Shown here: one piece after another, positions 17,917 to 28,094 of the stretch
Numbering within the stretch: position 1 is the stretch's first letter
How the letters are laid out: every line of letters starts with the position of its first letter
DNA from: an uncultured Candidatus Saccharibacteria bacterium
Lineage (GTDB): Bacteria > Patescibacteriota > Minisyncoccia > Phycocordibacterales > SBAW01
Reading direction: 5' to 3'
Assembly (NCBI GenBank): GCA_964615415.1
Contig: CAZTNI010000003.1
Location: 143,235 to 207,234, forward strand
Length of the DNA stretch: 64,000 nucleotides
Position numbers and translations under genes: made by a program
Notes under the pieces: generated by a model
What the model was told of the DNA's origin: nothing
Seen by the model: only the letters and a program-made list of their open reading frames with translations
Database searches by the model: none

Positions 17917-18930
17917 ATGGCTACCAAGCGCGTTATTGAGAATGTGATCGTGCATATTCAGCACGGGGACCCCATCTACACCTTCTCGCTCTCGGCGGAA
18001 GATGTGGTGGCGCTCTCGAAGGTCGAACATTTCGGTGTGGACTCCAACGGAGTCAACCGGAGGTTTAACGAGCCGCATGCGCTCAAGATCGCTGAAGCGA
18101 TGACTGACCATGCTCTCGTCTGGATGGAGCCGATCCTCGGCGATCTGACCGGCAACTGGCGTTTCGACGAGGAGAAGCGTCGGCTCACGTTCGGTGAAGG
18201 AGCGTACATCAGTGTCGACGATGGACAGCATCGACGCGCTGCTCTGGAACTGCTCAACCCGCTCGAGCGCGAACATCTTTCCTTCAACGTCACGGCGACC
18301 ATGGGCCTGTCCTTCGAACGGCGGCTCAAGATCTTCCGGATGCAGAAGGAACGGCGGCAGATCGACGCGAGGCTCGACCTCGCGCAGCGCCACCGGCTCA
18401 ATGACTGGAAGCATCCGCTCGATCGCGAGGCGTACGAGCTGGTGCTCCAGCTCAACTCCGACACGACCTCTCCGCTGCGGGGCATGATCCTGCTCGAGGA
18501 GGACGAGTCCCGGCCGTACGAGGCTCGGCATCGCCCGAAGGGCATCAATGCCAAGGGTCTCCATGCGACGGTTCGCAGCGTGATCGGCGGCAACAGTCCG
18601 CTCACCAACCTCTCGCCCGAACAGCGCGGCAACGTCATTCTGACGCTGATCCGTCTGGCGGCCGAGATCTGGCGGAAGGAGTGGAAGTCGGAGCAGTACG
18701 TGTTGACGACGGCTCGCGGGATCAACGCGATCCTCATGCTCGTCGTGAGTTCGCCCAACTTCCGTGGGGCGATCGGCGACAACTTCACGCAGGAGTCGCT
18801 GCGCCGAGGTCTGGAGCTCTCGCGTACGTTCAAGTGGGCGGCGTCGGCGCAGAAGAACGCCAGCGTCCGTCAGATCGTTGAGCGGCTGGACCAGTCGATC
18901 AGTAAGAACAATCGGGCTGTTGCCGCGTGA
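17917..18930 (+). CDS. DGQHR-domain (DndB/ParB-like) protein
   Basis: VNRRFN...SVDDGQHRRAALE motif; GC-rich codons; GGAG upstream of ATG 17917 (alternative start 17899). Confidence 0.85.
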   Translation: MATKRVIENVIVHIQHGDPIYTFSLSAEDVVALSKVEHFGVDSNGVNRRFNEPHALKIAEAMTDHALVWMEPILGDLTGNWRFDEEKRRLTFGEGAYISVDDGQHRRAALELLNPLEREHLSFNVTATMGLSFERRLKIFRMQKERRQIDARLDLAQRHRLNDWKHPLDREAYELVLQLNSDTTSPLRGMILLEEDESRPYEARHRPKGINAKGLHATVRSVIGGNSPLTNLSPEQRGNVILTLIRLAAEIWRKEWKSEQYVLTTARGINAILMLVVSSPNFRGAIGDNFTQESLRRGLELSRTFKWAASAQKNASVRQIVERLDQSISKNNRAVAA

Positions 18931-19064
18931 AGCGGCGACGGGCCTCAACGAAGCAGACTATCGCTCAAGGCGAAAAACTGCTTCGACGGGCGAAGCGCGA
19001 TATTGGCAAAGCCTGGAGACTCATCGAAGAGATGAAGCTCCAGCTCTCCAAGTCGGCTCGCTAA
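18927..19064 (+). CDS. Small basic protein (45 aa)
   Basis: GTG overlaps the TGA of the DGQHR gene (GTGA); MKRRRASTKQTIAQGEKLLRRAKRDIGKAWRLIEEMKLQLSKSAR ends just before the terminator. Confidence 0.5.
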   Translation: MKRRRASTKQTIAQGEKLLRRAKRDIGKAWRLIEEMKLQLSKSAR

Positions 19065-19068
19065 ATCT

Positions 19069-19106
19069 CAGGGACCGCTACCACGCGGTCCCTTTTCTTT
19101 TTGCCT
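19069..19106 (+). terminator. Intrinsic terminator, repeat copy 2
   Basis: GGGACCGC...GCGGTCCC plus T tract. Confidence 0.8.
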
Positions 19107-19133
19107 AAAAAACGCTACGCTCATTCTATATAT

Positions 19134-21002
19134 ATGAATCTGGCGGAGATTCGTTCGAAATACCTCGAGTTTTATAAGCAACGTGGGCACGTGGTTATCC
19201 CAAGCGCTCGTTTGACGCCTGAAAATGACCCAACCACGCTGTTTACTGGTTCGGGTATGCAGCCGCTTATTCCATACCTGCTTGGTAAGGATCATCCGGA
19301 AGGGAAGCGCTTAGTTAACTCGCAAAAGGCATTCCGCTCGGGCGATATTGAAGAAGTGGGTGACAACCGCCACACCACCTTTTTTGAAATGCTCGGCAAC
19401 TGGTCCTTGGGCGATTACTTTAAAAAAGAACAAATTAATTTCTTCTGGGAATTTTTAACCAAAGAGTTGGGCCTTGATCCACAGAGAATTTTTGTAACGT
19501 GTTACATCGGCAACGAAGCTGCGGGAATTCCAAAAGACACAGAAAGTGCTGCTGTGTGGAAAGAACTTTTTAAAACTGCAGGCATCGATGCACAAGAAGT
19601 TGAGCTTGATACTGAAGAAAACGGATATGAATTGGGGGAGCAGGGAGGCCGCATTTTCTTCTATTCTGATAAAAATTGGTGGTCGCGCGCGGGCGGGCCA
19701 AACAAAATGCCCGCAGGAGAGCCAGGTGGTCCGGACACCGAAGTGTTCTATTTGTATCCTGCGGTTGAGCACGATACAAAGTGGGGTAAAAACTGCCACC
19801 CAAACTGTGACTGTGGCCGCTATATCGAGCTCGGTAACTCGGTGTTTATGCAATATCTCAAAACACCTACTGGTTTTGATAATCTGCCAAAGAAAAATGT
19901 TGACTACGGCGGCGGCCTTGAGCGTATTCTTGCAGCCGTTGCAGACTCTCCCGATGTATTTCCAGTTGCGCACGCGCCGATACTTTCGTATCTCGAAGGA
20001 GCTTCAAATAAAAAATACGACTCCGATAAGCGAAGCTTCCGTATTATTGCCGACCACATGAAGGCTGCGGTGTTTTTAATTGCCGACGGTGTGCGTCCGG
20101 GTAACGCTGATCAGGGATATTTTGTACGCCGACTGATTCGCCGTTCGGTACGCTATTCGGACAAACTCGGCATTACTGAAAATGGTTTTGCAGGTATTGT
20201 GCGTCCCGTGGCAGAGATGTATCAGGACCAGTATCCGGAAGTGATGGAAAAGATTTCTGAGATTGAGGCGGCGATTGCAGGCGAGGAAGACAAGTTTCGT
20301 AAAACCCTTGCACGTGGCATGAAAGAGTTCGAACGCTTTACGGGCGACGGCTCTATCTCTGCACAAGATGCGTTTCAGCTCGTTACTACCTACGGATTTC
20401 CACTGGAACTTATTATGGAAGAAGCGGGTGAGAAGGGGATTAAACAAATTGATACCGCAGGATTTAAAGACTTGCTGAAACAGCACCAAGACCTTTCTCG
20501 CGCAGGTTCGGAGCAAAAGTTTAAAGGCGGCCTTGCCGACACGTCAGAGAAAACGGTGCGCTTGCATACCGCGCATCACCTACTTTTGAAGGCCCTTCAA
20601 ATTGTGCTTGGGCCGGAGGTGCACCAGCGCGGCTCTAATATTACGGGCGAGCGTTTGCGTATCGACTTTAACTACCCACAGAAGATGACCGACGAGCAAA
20701 AGCGTGAAGTCGAGCGGATTGTGAACGAAAAAATTAAAGAAGACATTCCGGTTATCCGCACCGAGATGGCAAAAGAAGAGGCAGAAAAACTTGGTGCCGA
20801 GCACGAATTTGGCGCAAAGTATCCGGAGCGCGTGTCTGTCTATTCTGTCGGTCCTGTCGACAGTGCGTTCTCTATTGAATTCTGTGGCGGCCCACACGTA
20901 GAACATACTGGACAACTGTTAGAGTCAGGAACATTCAAGATACAAAAAGAAGAAGCGGTGTCTGCCGGCATTCGTCGCATTAAAGCAGTGTTGACGCAGT
21001 AG
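19134..21002 (+). CDS. alaS: Alanine--tRNA ligase (short form without C-Ala)
   Basis: DPTTLFT, RHTTFFEMLGNWS, HTAHH, EFCGGPH; ends at GIRRIKA. Confidence 0.96.
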   Translation: MNLAEIRSKYLEFYKQRGHVVIPSARLTPENDPTTLFTGSGMQPLIPYLLGKDHPEGKRLVNSQKAFRSGDIEEVGDNRHTTFFEMLGNWSLGDYFKKEQINFFWEFLTKELGLDPQRIFVTCYIGNEAAGIPKDTESAAVWKELFKTAGIDAQEVELDTEENGYELGEQGGRIFFYSDKNWWSRAGGPNKMPAGEPGGPDTEVFYLYPAVEHDTKWGKNCHPNCDCGRYIELGNSVFMQYLKTPTGFDNLPKKNVDYGGGLERILAAVADSPDVFPVAHAPILSYLEGASNKKYDSDKRSFRIIADHMKAAVFLIADGVRPGNADQGYFVRRLIRRSVRYSDKLGITENGFAGIVRPVAEMYQDQYPEVMEKISEIEAAIAGEEDKFRKTLARGMKEFERFTGDGSISAQDAFQLVTTYGFPLELIMEEAGEKGIKQIDTAGFKDLLKQHQDLSRAGSEQKFKGGLADTSEKTVRLHTAHHLLLKALQIVLGPEVHQRGSNITGERLRIDFNYPQKMTDEQKREVERIVNEKIKEDIPVIRTEMAKEEAEKLGAEHEFGAKYPERVSVYSVGPVDSAFSIEFCGGPHVEHTGQLLESGTFKIQKEEAVSAGIRRIKAVLTQ

Positions 21003-21049
21003 AGGGAGTTTGAGAGACTCGCGAGCAGAAGTTCACAACGGAGACATAC

Positions 21050-21736
21050 ATGACAAAGAAAACACTCATATTTTTGTTCCTCGCGTTGTTGGTGCTCGGT
21101 ACGGCAGCCATCTTGCTTCTTAATCGCCAACAGGGAGGTTTAGTTACTCCGCCTACGGCAACGTCGACACCGCCACAAGAGGAGCCGCTCGTTCCTGTTA
21201 CAGAAACGGGCGAACAAATGACCGCCTTCCTAACCGGCTACACGTACTACGACAATACACCGCCGGGGAGTGCAACGATAGCGTTTGCTCAATCGTATGG
21301 ATATCCAACGGTGCATCAGTTGGCGGGAGGTACCGGCACATACGCAGACCCGATTACGATCGCGGTCGGACATGTAATAGAAGAGGGTATAAGCACTCCA
21401 GACTTTGCTCCAGGCACTATCTTTTATATCCCGAACGTCCGTCGTTACTTTATCGTCGAAGACTTGTGCGGCGATGGTCCGACGCCTCAGTTAGGACCAT
21501 GTCATGTTTTGACGGGCGACTCTGGTGCACAGGGAGCGACCGTGTGGTTAGACATGTGGATCGGTGGTGGGCCACGCGACACACAAGAAGAGGTTGATGC
21601 GTGCATGTATGCCTTAACAGGCACGTACCAGGTCATTAAAGACCCGCTCTCTACTTACGTTGTCGAACCTAGACCGCTCTTTAGTGAAAATGGGTGCACG
21701 CGGATGTTCGGCAACAAAGCAATCCTGCAAATATAA
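21050..21736 (+). CDS. Membrane-anchored protein, possible 3D/DPBB-fold domain
   Basis: N-terminal TM; TGYTYYDNTPPGS...GTIFYIP...IVEDLC...LDMW pattern. Confidence 0.55.
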   Translation: MTKKTLIFLFLALLVLGTAAILLLNRQQGGLVTPPTATSTPPQEEPLVPVTETGEQMTAFLTGYTYYDNTPPGSATIAFAQSYGYPTVHQLAGGTGTYADPITIAVGHVIEEGISTPDFAPGTIFYIPNVRRYFIVEDLCGDGPTPQLGPCHVLTGDSGAQGATVWLDMWIGGGPRDTQEEVDACMYALTGTYQVIKDPLSTYVVEPRPLFSENGCTRMFGNKAILQI

Positions 21737-21789
21737 CGTACACGGGAGCCTCTAGGGGCTCCCGTTTTTGCTATATACTACTAGTGTAT

Positions 21790-22782
21790 ATGTCGCCGCT
21801 CTTCGGTAAGAAAAAAAGTACCGGCACTACCGTCCTTGTGCTCGATATTGAAAACGGGAGTGTTGGCGCGGCGTTGGTGCGTCTTTCTAAAGACAGTGCA
21901 CCGAAACTATTTTCAGAAAAGCGTGTATACGTGCCTGCGCTTGCAACACGCGACAGTCTTACGTTGGTACCTCGTGTGCTTAAGGCAACGCGGGAAGCGC
22001 TCGCACATGCGGCAGATGTTGCTGCGCGCGTGCGGCTGCATCCAACCATGAGCGACGTGGGGGAAGTCTCGCGAATTATCTATTTCTTGCACGCACCGTG
22101 GGTGAGTGTCGGAATTCCTGAAGTGGGGAAAGTGTCGCTCGATGCGCACGAACCATTTTTAGAAGAACTGCGTCTGGCAACGATTGAACGATTTGATGGC
22201 ACTCCTATTTCGTTTCAATCATTCGGTTCTCGTATCCCGAGCGTGGTGGGCAGTATGTTCGATGTAGGCGATGACCTGCTTATGGTCTCGATGACGGGCG
22301 AAATAACTGAAGTGACGAAAGCGCGCGGCGGCTCGCTCTTGGGTCATGCAACACTCCCGTTCGGCACACACACGTTTATCCGCACCTTGGGGAGCCATGC
22401 GGGCATGACCGAAGCAGAAGCACGCTCCGCACTTACTCTGTTGCGTCACAAAGGGGCACACGAACACGTGCCGTGGGGCGAAGCGTTTAAGGCGGCCAGT
22501 TCGCACTTGGTAGAAGAAAGTAAAGATGTGATTGAGGCGCTCTTGCGCGAACATACCTCGCCACATGGTGTCTATGTGCTGGCGCCGGGGCCACTTGCCG
22601 AGTGGTTTGCGCAAACGTTTGCAAACGATGAACGCCTCGCAAGTCTTTTTCCGGAGGGAAGCAGTGCGCGGGCGCTCCATGCGCACCACGCAAAGCCCTT
22701 TTTAGCAGTGCATGCGACGGTCCCTGATGTGCCGCTCTCGCTTGAGGCCTTGAGTATCCACGCACGCACGAGTGGTATATAA
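21790..22782 (+). CDS. FtsA/PilM-like actin-fold protein
   Basis: VLDIENGSVG phosphate-1-like motif; LPFGTHTFIRTL. Confidence 0.6.
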   Translation: MSPLFGKKKSTGTTVLVLDIENGSVGAALVRLSKDSAPKLFSEKRVYVPALATRDSLTLVPRVLKATREALAHAADVAARVRLHPTMSDVGEVSRIIYFLHAPWVSVGIPEVGKVSLDAHEPFLEELRLATIERFDGTPISFQSFGSRIPSVVGSMFDVGDDLLMVSMTGEITEVTKARGGSLLGHATLPFGTHTFIRTLGSHAGMTEAEARSALTLLRHKGAHEHVPWGEAFKAASSHLVEESKDVIEALLREHTSPHGVYVLAPGPLAEWFAQTFANDERLASLFPEGSSARALHAHHAKPFLAVHATVPDVPLSLEALSIHARTSGI

Positions 22783-22792
22783 TACAAAAACT

Positions 22793-24061
22793 ATGCGCGA
22801 TATGATCCCTCGCAACGATCGTTCTATTCGTAATATTCCAGTGCCTACTAACCATCGTCGCCCGGCGCCGCGAGTTGAAGTCGATATGGAAGACGAAATA
22901 CCTGAGATGCCTCCTCGTCCGATGCGTCGTAAAAAAAGTGGTCGCAGCCGCATGCTCATTATTATTTCCATTATTGTCATCGGTATCGGTGCGCTCTTAG
23001 CACTCCTCCTTTCGACCACCTTTGTAGGGGCAACGATTACCGTCTTTCCGCGAGAAGAGGCAGTTAACCCTCCGGCAAGTATTGTTGCGCGGGTAAATGC
23101 GCCGGTAGGAAGTTTGTCGTATCAAACAATGACGATTGTCCGCAGTGCAACCACAACTGTGCCAGCAACCGGAACTAAACAAGTCTCACGTCAGGCATCA
23201 GGGCTCATGACGATTTACAATACCTACAGCACCGCAACGCAGCGCCTCATCGCAAATACACGTTTTGAAGCTCCCGATGGAAAAATCTATCGCATCCATG
23301 AATCAATCGTGGTTCCTGGTATGAGTGGTTCGAATCCAGGCACTATAAGCGTTACGGTATATGCAGATTCTCCAGGCGCGGATTACAATCGGGGAGAGAC
23401 ACGTTTTACTATCCCTGGGTTTAAAGGTGAGCCACAGTACGCTAAATTTTATGCACAAGCGGCAAGTGTGACTGGTGGGTTTATAGGAACAGAGCCGTCA
23501 GTTGCAGCGGCAGATGTACAAGCAGCCCGCACGACGCTTGAGCGTGGTCTCCAGTCTGCGGTGCAAGCAGCTGCGCTGGCAGAAGTGCCGGAAGGGTACA
23601 TCGCTATTCCAAGCACAACGCGTATTACCTACTCAAATGTGGTGCAGACCGCTGCGGGGGGCAACAGTGCAAATCTTTCCCAATCAGCACAAGCGACTGT
23701 CTCTATGATTCGTGCAAGTGACTTGGCCATGATCATCGCCGCACAGGGTGTGCAAGGGTATAGTGGCGAGGCAGTAGCATTTAAAGACCTTTCACAAATT
23801 TCTATCACTGCAGCCACGTCATCGACAGCTGAAGCGCCACTCACGATCCAACTCGCAGGCTCGCCAACACTGGTGTGGCAGTATGACCCAGGCGCACTTG
23901 TTACCGCTCTTGTAGGGAATGAGAAAGGCTCGTTCCAAACCATTATCCAGTCCTTTGAGCCAGCTATCATACGTGCAGAGGCAAAAATCCGACCCTTCTG
24001 GAAGGGCACCTTCCCGAACGATCCTGAGCGGATTGAAATTGTGACCGGAAACGGCGAATAA
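22793..24061 (+). CDS. Membrane-anchored baseplate J-like domain protein
   Basis: TM helix, then ASGLMTIYN...LIANTRF...GKIYRI...VYADSPGADYN...TGG; a gene type commonly paired with the FtsA-like gene in CPR. Confidence 0.65.
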   Translation: MRDMIPRNDRSIRNIPVPTNHRRPAPRVEVDMEDEIPEMPPRPMRRKKSGRSRMLIIISIIVIGIGALLALLLSTTFVGATITVFPREEAVNPPASIVARVNAPVGSLSYQTMTIVRSATTTVPATGTKQVSRQASGLMTIYNTYSTATQRLIANTRFEAPDGKIYRIHESIVVPGMSGSNPGTISVTVYADSPGADYNRGETRFTIPGFKGEPQYAKFYAQAASVTGGFIGTEPSVAAADVQAARTTLERGLQSAVQAAALAEVPEGYIAIPSTTRITYSNVVQTAAGGNSANLSQSAQATVSMIRASDLAMIIAAQGVQGYSGEAVAFKDLSQISITAATSSTAEAPLTIQLAGSPTLVWQYDPGALVTALVGNEKGSFQTIIQSFEPAIIRAEAKIRPFWKGTFPNDPERIEIVTGNGE

Positions 24062-24130
24062 AAGGTACAAGATGGGGGCTCTGTTGACACTTATTCTCGC
24101 CTTTGTTACTATTCCTTTTGTCGTTTCGTA

Positions 24131-24340
24131 ATGGATACACCAGGCACAGAAGTCCAGGGCATCGTTGAAGAGGCCCTTCCAAACACCCTGTTTCGAGTAA
24201 CACTAGATTCGGGTGAGTTAGTGCTGGCGTATCTTGCAGGCAAAATGCGCCTTCATCGCATCAAAGTGCTGGTGGGGGACAAAGTGTTGGTCCGTCTTGA
24301 TCCATACGGAGGCAAGGGACGCATTACGAGACGCATATAA
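24131..24340 (+). CDS. infA: Translation initiation factor IF-1
   Basis: [10 protein letters not shown]...GKMR...GRITRR. Confidence 0.95.
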   Translation: MDTPGTEVQGIVEEALPNTLFRVTLDSGELVLAYLAGKMRLHRIKVLVGDKVLVRLDPYGGKGRITRRI

Positions 24341-24345
24341 ATTCT

Positions 24346-24459
24346 GTGAAGATTAAGGCATCTATCAAACCACGTTGTGCGAACTGCAAGTTGATCCGCC
24401 GCAAAGGGCGGGTGTATGTTACTTGCTCGAACCCGCGCCACAAACAGCGTCAAGGCTAA
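24346..24459 (+). CDS. rpmJ: 50S ribosomal protein bL36
   Basis: Manual translation from GTG: [37 protein letters not shown]. Confidence 0.97.
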   Translation: MKIKASIKPRCANCKLIRRKGRVYVTCSNPRHKQRQG

Positions 24460-24472
24460 TTTTTTTTATACT

Positions 24473-24850
24473 ATGCGTATTTCAGGTATCACTATTCCAA
24501 ATAAACGACTTCCTTATGCGCTTGCGACGCTCTACGGTATTGGTATTCCGCTTGGGGAAACTATCTGTGTTGAAGCGGGAGTAGATGCAAGCAAAAAAGC
24601 AGACGAACTTTCTCCTGAGGAGGAAAACAAGCTTCGCGCCATCATCGAAAAGATCAAAATCGAGGGTGATCTTAAGCGTGAAGTTGCGGGTAACATCAAA
24701 CGCCTTAAAGACATCGGTGCTTACCGTGGCACACGTCACCAGCGCGGTCTTCCTACTCGTGGTCAGCGCACGAAGACCAATTCTCGCACCGTTCGCGGCA
24801 ACGTTCGTAAGACTATGGGCTCGGGTCGCCGCAAGGTTGAAAAGACGTAA
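24473..24850 (+). CDS. rpsM: 30S ribosomal protein uS13
   Basis: YGIG...IEGDLKRE...GLPTRGQRTKTN. Confidence 0.97.
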   Translation: MRISGITIPNKRLPYALATLYGIGIPLGETICVEAGVDASKKADELSPEEENKLRAIIEKIKIEGDLKREVAGNIKRLKDIGAYRGTRHQRGLPTRGQRTKTNSRTVRGNVRKTMGSGRRKVEKT

Positions 24851-24879
24851 AATTTATTGTATATTACTAGACTACACCT

Positions 24880-25305
24880 ATGGGTAAGAAACGAATAGTC
24901 AAAAAGGGAGGCGAAGAGGCAGGAGGCGCAAAAGGCGCTCCGCGCGCATCTAAGCGCAAAATGGAGAACGGCATTATGTATGTCGAGGCTACCTACAACA
25001 ACACCAAAGTGTCTATTGCAGACGCTTCTGGCAACGTGGTTGCATGGTCATCAAGCGGCTCACTCGGTTTTGCAGGTGCAAAGAAGGGTACGCCTTTTGC
25101 AGCGGCAAAAGTAGGAGAGTTACTTGGTGATAAGGCTACGGCTATGGGCGTTAAAGAGCTTGCTGTAGTAGTTGCGGGTGTTGGCGCAGGTCGCGAGTCA
25201 GCAATCCGCGCTATCGCCACTAAGGGTATCCATATTACTTCTATTAAGGACACGACTCCGGTGCCGCACAACGGCCCACGTCCTCCTAAGGCGCGTCGCG
25301 TATAA
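24880..25305 (+). CDS. rpsK: 30S ribosomal protein uS11
   Basis: ATYNNT...KKGTPFAA...TPVPHNG. Confidence 0.97.
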   Translation: MGKKRIVKKGGEEAGGAKGAPRASKRKMENGIMYVEATYNNTKVSIADASGNVVAWSSSGSLGFAGAKKGTPFAAAKVGELLGDKATAMGVKELAVVVAGVGAGRESAIRAIATKGIHITSIKDTTPVPHNGPRPPKARRV

Positions 25306-25318
25306 TTTTTTAATCTTT

Positions 25319-25939
25319 ATGTTGGTAGGACCAAAGTACAAAATTTGTAAGCGTCTCGGCTCAGCAGTATTTGAGAAGTGCCAGACACAAAAGTTTCAGC
25401 TCTCTGAAGCTCGTGTACCGCGTGGAGGTAAGGGTAGTAAGGGTGCTAAGCGCGGCGGCAGCGACTATGGCGCACAGCTTCTTGAAAAGCAGAAGGCACG
25501 TTTTATTTACGGTCTTTCTGAAGCTCAGTTTGCACGCTATGTGCATGAAGCCATGGAGAAGCGTGGTAAGGACTCTATCGCTGGTCTTATCAACAAGCTC
25601 GAGTCTCGTCTCGACAACGTAGTCTTCCGTGCAGGTCTTGTAAAAACTCGTCGCGCAGCGCGCCAGCTCGTGTCACATGGCCACGTAACCGTAAACGGTC
25701 GCCGCGTTACCATCCCTTCTTTTGCTGTTTCAACAGATGACACCGTCGCTATCCGTACTGAGTCTCGTCAGAGCCCACTCTTTGCTAACCGCAAGGAATT
25801 GATGCTCGAGCAGAAGACGCCGCACTGGATGGAGATGGGAGCAGACGGTCTCTCAGTAACGGTGAAGCAGACTCCGGTAGTGTCGGAAACCGAGTTGCCG
25901 TTTAGTCCGGGAGTGATCATTCAGTTCTACAGCCGCTAA
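25319..25939 (+). CDS. rpsD: 30S ribosomal protein uS4
   Basis: SDYGAQLLEKQK, LESRLDNVVFR, ARQLVSHGH, FYSR. Confidence 0.97.
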   Translation: MLVGPKYKICKRLGSAVFEKCQTQKFQLSEARVPRGGKGSKGAKRGGSDYGAQLLEKQKARFIYGLSEAQFARYVHEAMEKRGKDSIAGLINKLESRLDNVVFRAGLVKTRRAARQLVSHGHVTVNGRRVTIPSFAVSTDDTVAIRTESRQSPLFANRKELMLEQKTPHWMEMGADGLSVTVKQTPVVSETELPFSPGVIIQFYSR

Positions 25940-25978
25940 ATTTAGTTATCAAAGTAATTAGTAATTTTTGTATTGCGT

Positions 25979-26944
25979 ATGATGGAGTATTCGATCACAT
26001 TGCCGAGCAAGCCACGAATCGTCTCTGAAGAAGAGGCTGGTGGCGTGTATGAAATAGACGGCCTCTACCCAGGCTACGGTCATACCCTTGGTAACAGTCT
26101 CCGCCGCATCATCCTCTCGTCTCTCCCGGGCGCGGCTATCACCTCAGTTAAAATCGAGGGTGTTGAACATGAGTTCTCAACTATGAACGGCATTCGCGAG
26201 GATGTCATCACCATTCTCCTTAATCTCAAGAAACTCCGTTTTGAAGTATTGAGCGGCGAAGCACAGACCATCACCGTTTCGGTAAAAGGTCCAAACAAGG
26301 TAACCGGCGCAGACCTTACCCTCCCAGGCCAGGTTCGCTTGCTTAACCCGAACGCGTACATCTGCGAGGTAACTGACAAAAACGCAGAGTTTACCGCAGA
26401 GTTCCGTGTTGAACGCGGATTGGGCTACGTACCACGCGAGGCATTGAAGAAAGACCGTGTGGAAATCGGTGAGATCGCAGTTGATGCTATCTTCTCTCCG
26501 ATTCGTCGCGTAAACTACGAAGTTGAAAACATGCGCGTTGGCGACCGCACCGACTTTAACCGCCTCCGCATTTCTATCGAGACTGACGGCACCGTATTGC
26601 CACGTCAGGCACTTGAGTCTGCTATCGAGATCATGATCACTCAGCTTAAGGCGGTTGTTGGCTTCCGTGAGGAAGTAATGCCAGAACAGGCTGAAGTAGC
26701 AGGTGTTACGTCTGTTGATGCAGCTGCAGCAGCTGCAAACTCTGCAGAAGCATTGAAGACCCGCATCGAAGATCTTGAGCTTTCAAGCCGCACCGTTTCT
26801 GCTCTCGAGAAAGCAAACATTCGCACCGTTGGTGGTCTTGCTCGCAAGCGCGAAGAGGACCTCCTCGAGGTCGAAGGTTTGGGCCCGAAGGCTATCCAGG
26901 AAATCAAGCGCGCACTTGCAAACTTTGGCATCATCCTTAAATAA
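25979..26944 (+). CDS. rpoA: RNA polymerase alpha subunit
   Basis: GYGHTLGNSLRRIILSS, VDAIFSP, C-terminal alpha-CTD. Confidence 0.97.
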   Translation: MMEYSITLPSKPRIVSEEEAGGVYEIDGLYPGYGHTLGNSLRRIILSSLPGAAITSVKIEGVEHEFSTMNGIREDVITILLNLKKLRFEVLSGEAQTITVSVKGPNKVTGADLTLPGQVRLLNPNAYICEVTDKNAEFTAEFRVERGLGYVPREALKKDRVEIGEIAVDAIFSPIRRVNYEVENMRVGDRTDFNRLRISIETDGTVLPRQALESAIEIMITQLKAVVGFREEVMPEQAEVAGVTSVDAAAAAANSAEALKTRIEDLELSSRTVSALEKANIRTVGGLARKREEDLLEVEGLGPKAIQEIKRALANFGIILK

Positions 26945-26964
26945 TCTGTAAGTAAAAGAGCGTT

Positions 26965-27312
26965 ATGAGACACCACAATGCAAACCGAAAATTTGGCCGA
27001 CCGACTGACCAGCGCAAAGCGCTTTTGAAGTCTCTTGCACGCTCTTTGACGCTGCGCGGTAAAATCACAACTACTGAAGCTCGCGCAAAGGAGATCCGCC
27101 CGATGGTGGAGAAACTCATTACCAAGGGTAAGTCAGCAACACTCGCTGACCGCCGCGCACTTATTACCGCACTTGGTGACGAGCAAACTGCTCAGAAACT
27201 TATTGACACTGCTAAGAACTACACGGAGCGCAAGGGCGGCTACATTCGCATTGTGAAGATGGGTCCTCGCAAGAGCGACGCAAGTCCAATGGCATTGATC
27301 GAATTTGTATAA
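26965..27312 (+). CDS. rplQ: 50S ribosomal protein bL17
   Basis: MRH...ITTTEARAKE...GGYIRIVK. Confidence 0.97.
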   Translation: MRHHNANRKFGRPTDQRKALLKSLARSLTLRGKITTTEARAKEIRPMVEKLITKGKSATLADRRALITALGDEQTAQKLIDTAKNYTERKGGYIRIVKMGPRKSDASPMALIEFV

Positions 27313-27316
27313 ACAT

Positions 27317-27658
27317 ATGATTACTATTGACGCACAAGACAAAACACTCGGACGCGTAGCAACTGCTGCTGCGAAGGCTCTCCTTGGTAAACACAAGGCA
27401 ACCTTTGCTAAGCATGTAGTTATGGGCGAAGAAGTAAAGATCATCAATGCCTCGAAGGTCCGCATCTCGGGCAACAAGAGCTTGCAGAAGGAGTATGATC
27501 GTTACTCGGGCTACCCAGGTGGTCGCAAGGTAGAGACCTACGCTATGCTCTCGGCACGTCGTGGCGAGGCAGAGGTTATCCGTCGCGCAGTGCTTGGCAT
27601 GCTTCCAAAGAATAAGCTCCAGTCACGCCGCATTAAGCTCCTCACGATCGAGAAATAA
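27317..27658 (+). CDS. rplM: 50S ribosomal protein uL13 (short)
   Basis: IDAQDKTLGR, SGYPGG, GMLPKNKL. Confidence 0.95.
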   Translation: MITIDAQDKTLGRVATAAAKALLGKHKATFAKHVVMGEEVKIINASKVRISGNKSLQKEYDRYSGYPGGRKVETYAMLSARRGEAEVIRRAVLGMLPKNKLQSRRIKLLTIEK

Positions 27659-27663
27659 ACTGT

Positions 27664-28077
27664 ATGGCAACTAAAACTACTAAAGACGAAAAATATATTG
27701 AAGCAGTCGGTCGCCGCAAAACGGCTATCGCTCGCGCACGCATTACGCCGGCAGCTCGCACTGCGGTTGTAGTAAACGGTAAGGATGTGAACGCATACTT
27801 CCACACTGAGCCGCTACGTATTGCTGCGCTCGAGCCATTCCTTAAGATTGGCCTCCCAACACAGTTTTCAGTAACGGTTGTTGTTCGTGGTGGTGGTATC
27901 GCTGGTCAGGCTATCGCTGTCCGCCATGCTATCTCTCGTGCACTCGTTGAACATGACCACAACCTCCGCGGTACGCTTAAGAAAGAAGGTTTCCTCAAGC
28001 GCGATCCTCGCGCAAAAGAGCGCCGCAAGTTCGGCCTCAAGAAAGCCCGCAAAGCTCCACAATGGTCAAAGCGTTAA
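27664..28077 (+). CDS. rpsI: 30S ribosomal protein uS9
   Basis: GRRKTA...GGGIAGQA...KARKAPQWSKR. Confidence 0.97.
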   Translation: MATKTTKDEKYIEAVGRRKTAIARARITPAARTAVVVNGKDVNAYFHTEPLRIAALEPFLKIGLPTQFSVTVVVRGGGIAGQAIAVRHAISRALVEHDHNLRGTLKKEGFLKRDPRAKERRKFGLKKARKAPQWSKR

Positions 28078-28094
28078 TTCAAACGCTCTCACAG

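Noticed and set aside
17824-18948. Long minus-strand ORFs opposite the DGQHR gene (likewise 35076..36260 and 58093..59412)
   Set aside because: Antisense open frames are expected opposite GC-rich genes; the sense ORFs carry the motifs, SD and promoter.
19134-21002. alaS truncation as a pseudogene
   Set aside because: Aminoacylation and editing motifs are intact, and loss of the C-Ala domain is known in reduced genomes.
22793-24061. Prophage suggested by the baseplate J-like gene
   Set aside because: No other phage structural, packaging or integrase genes nearby; the gene is membrane-anchored and sits in core context.
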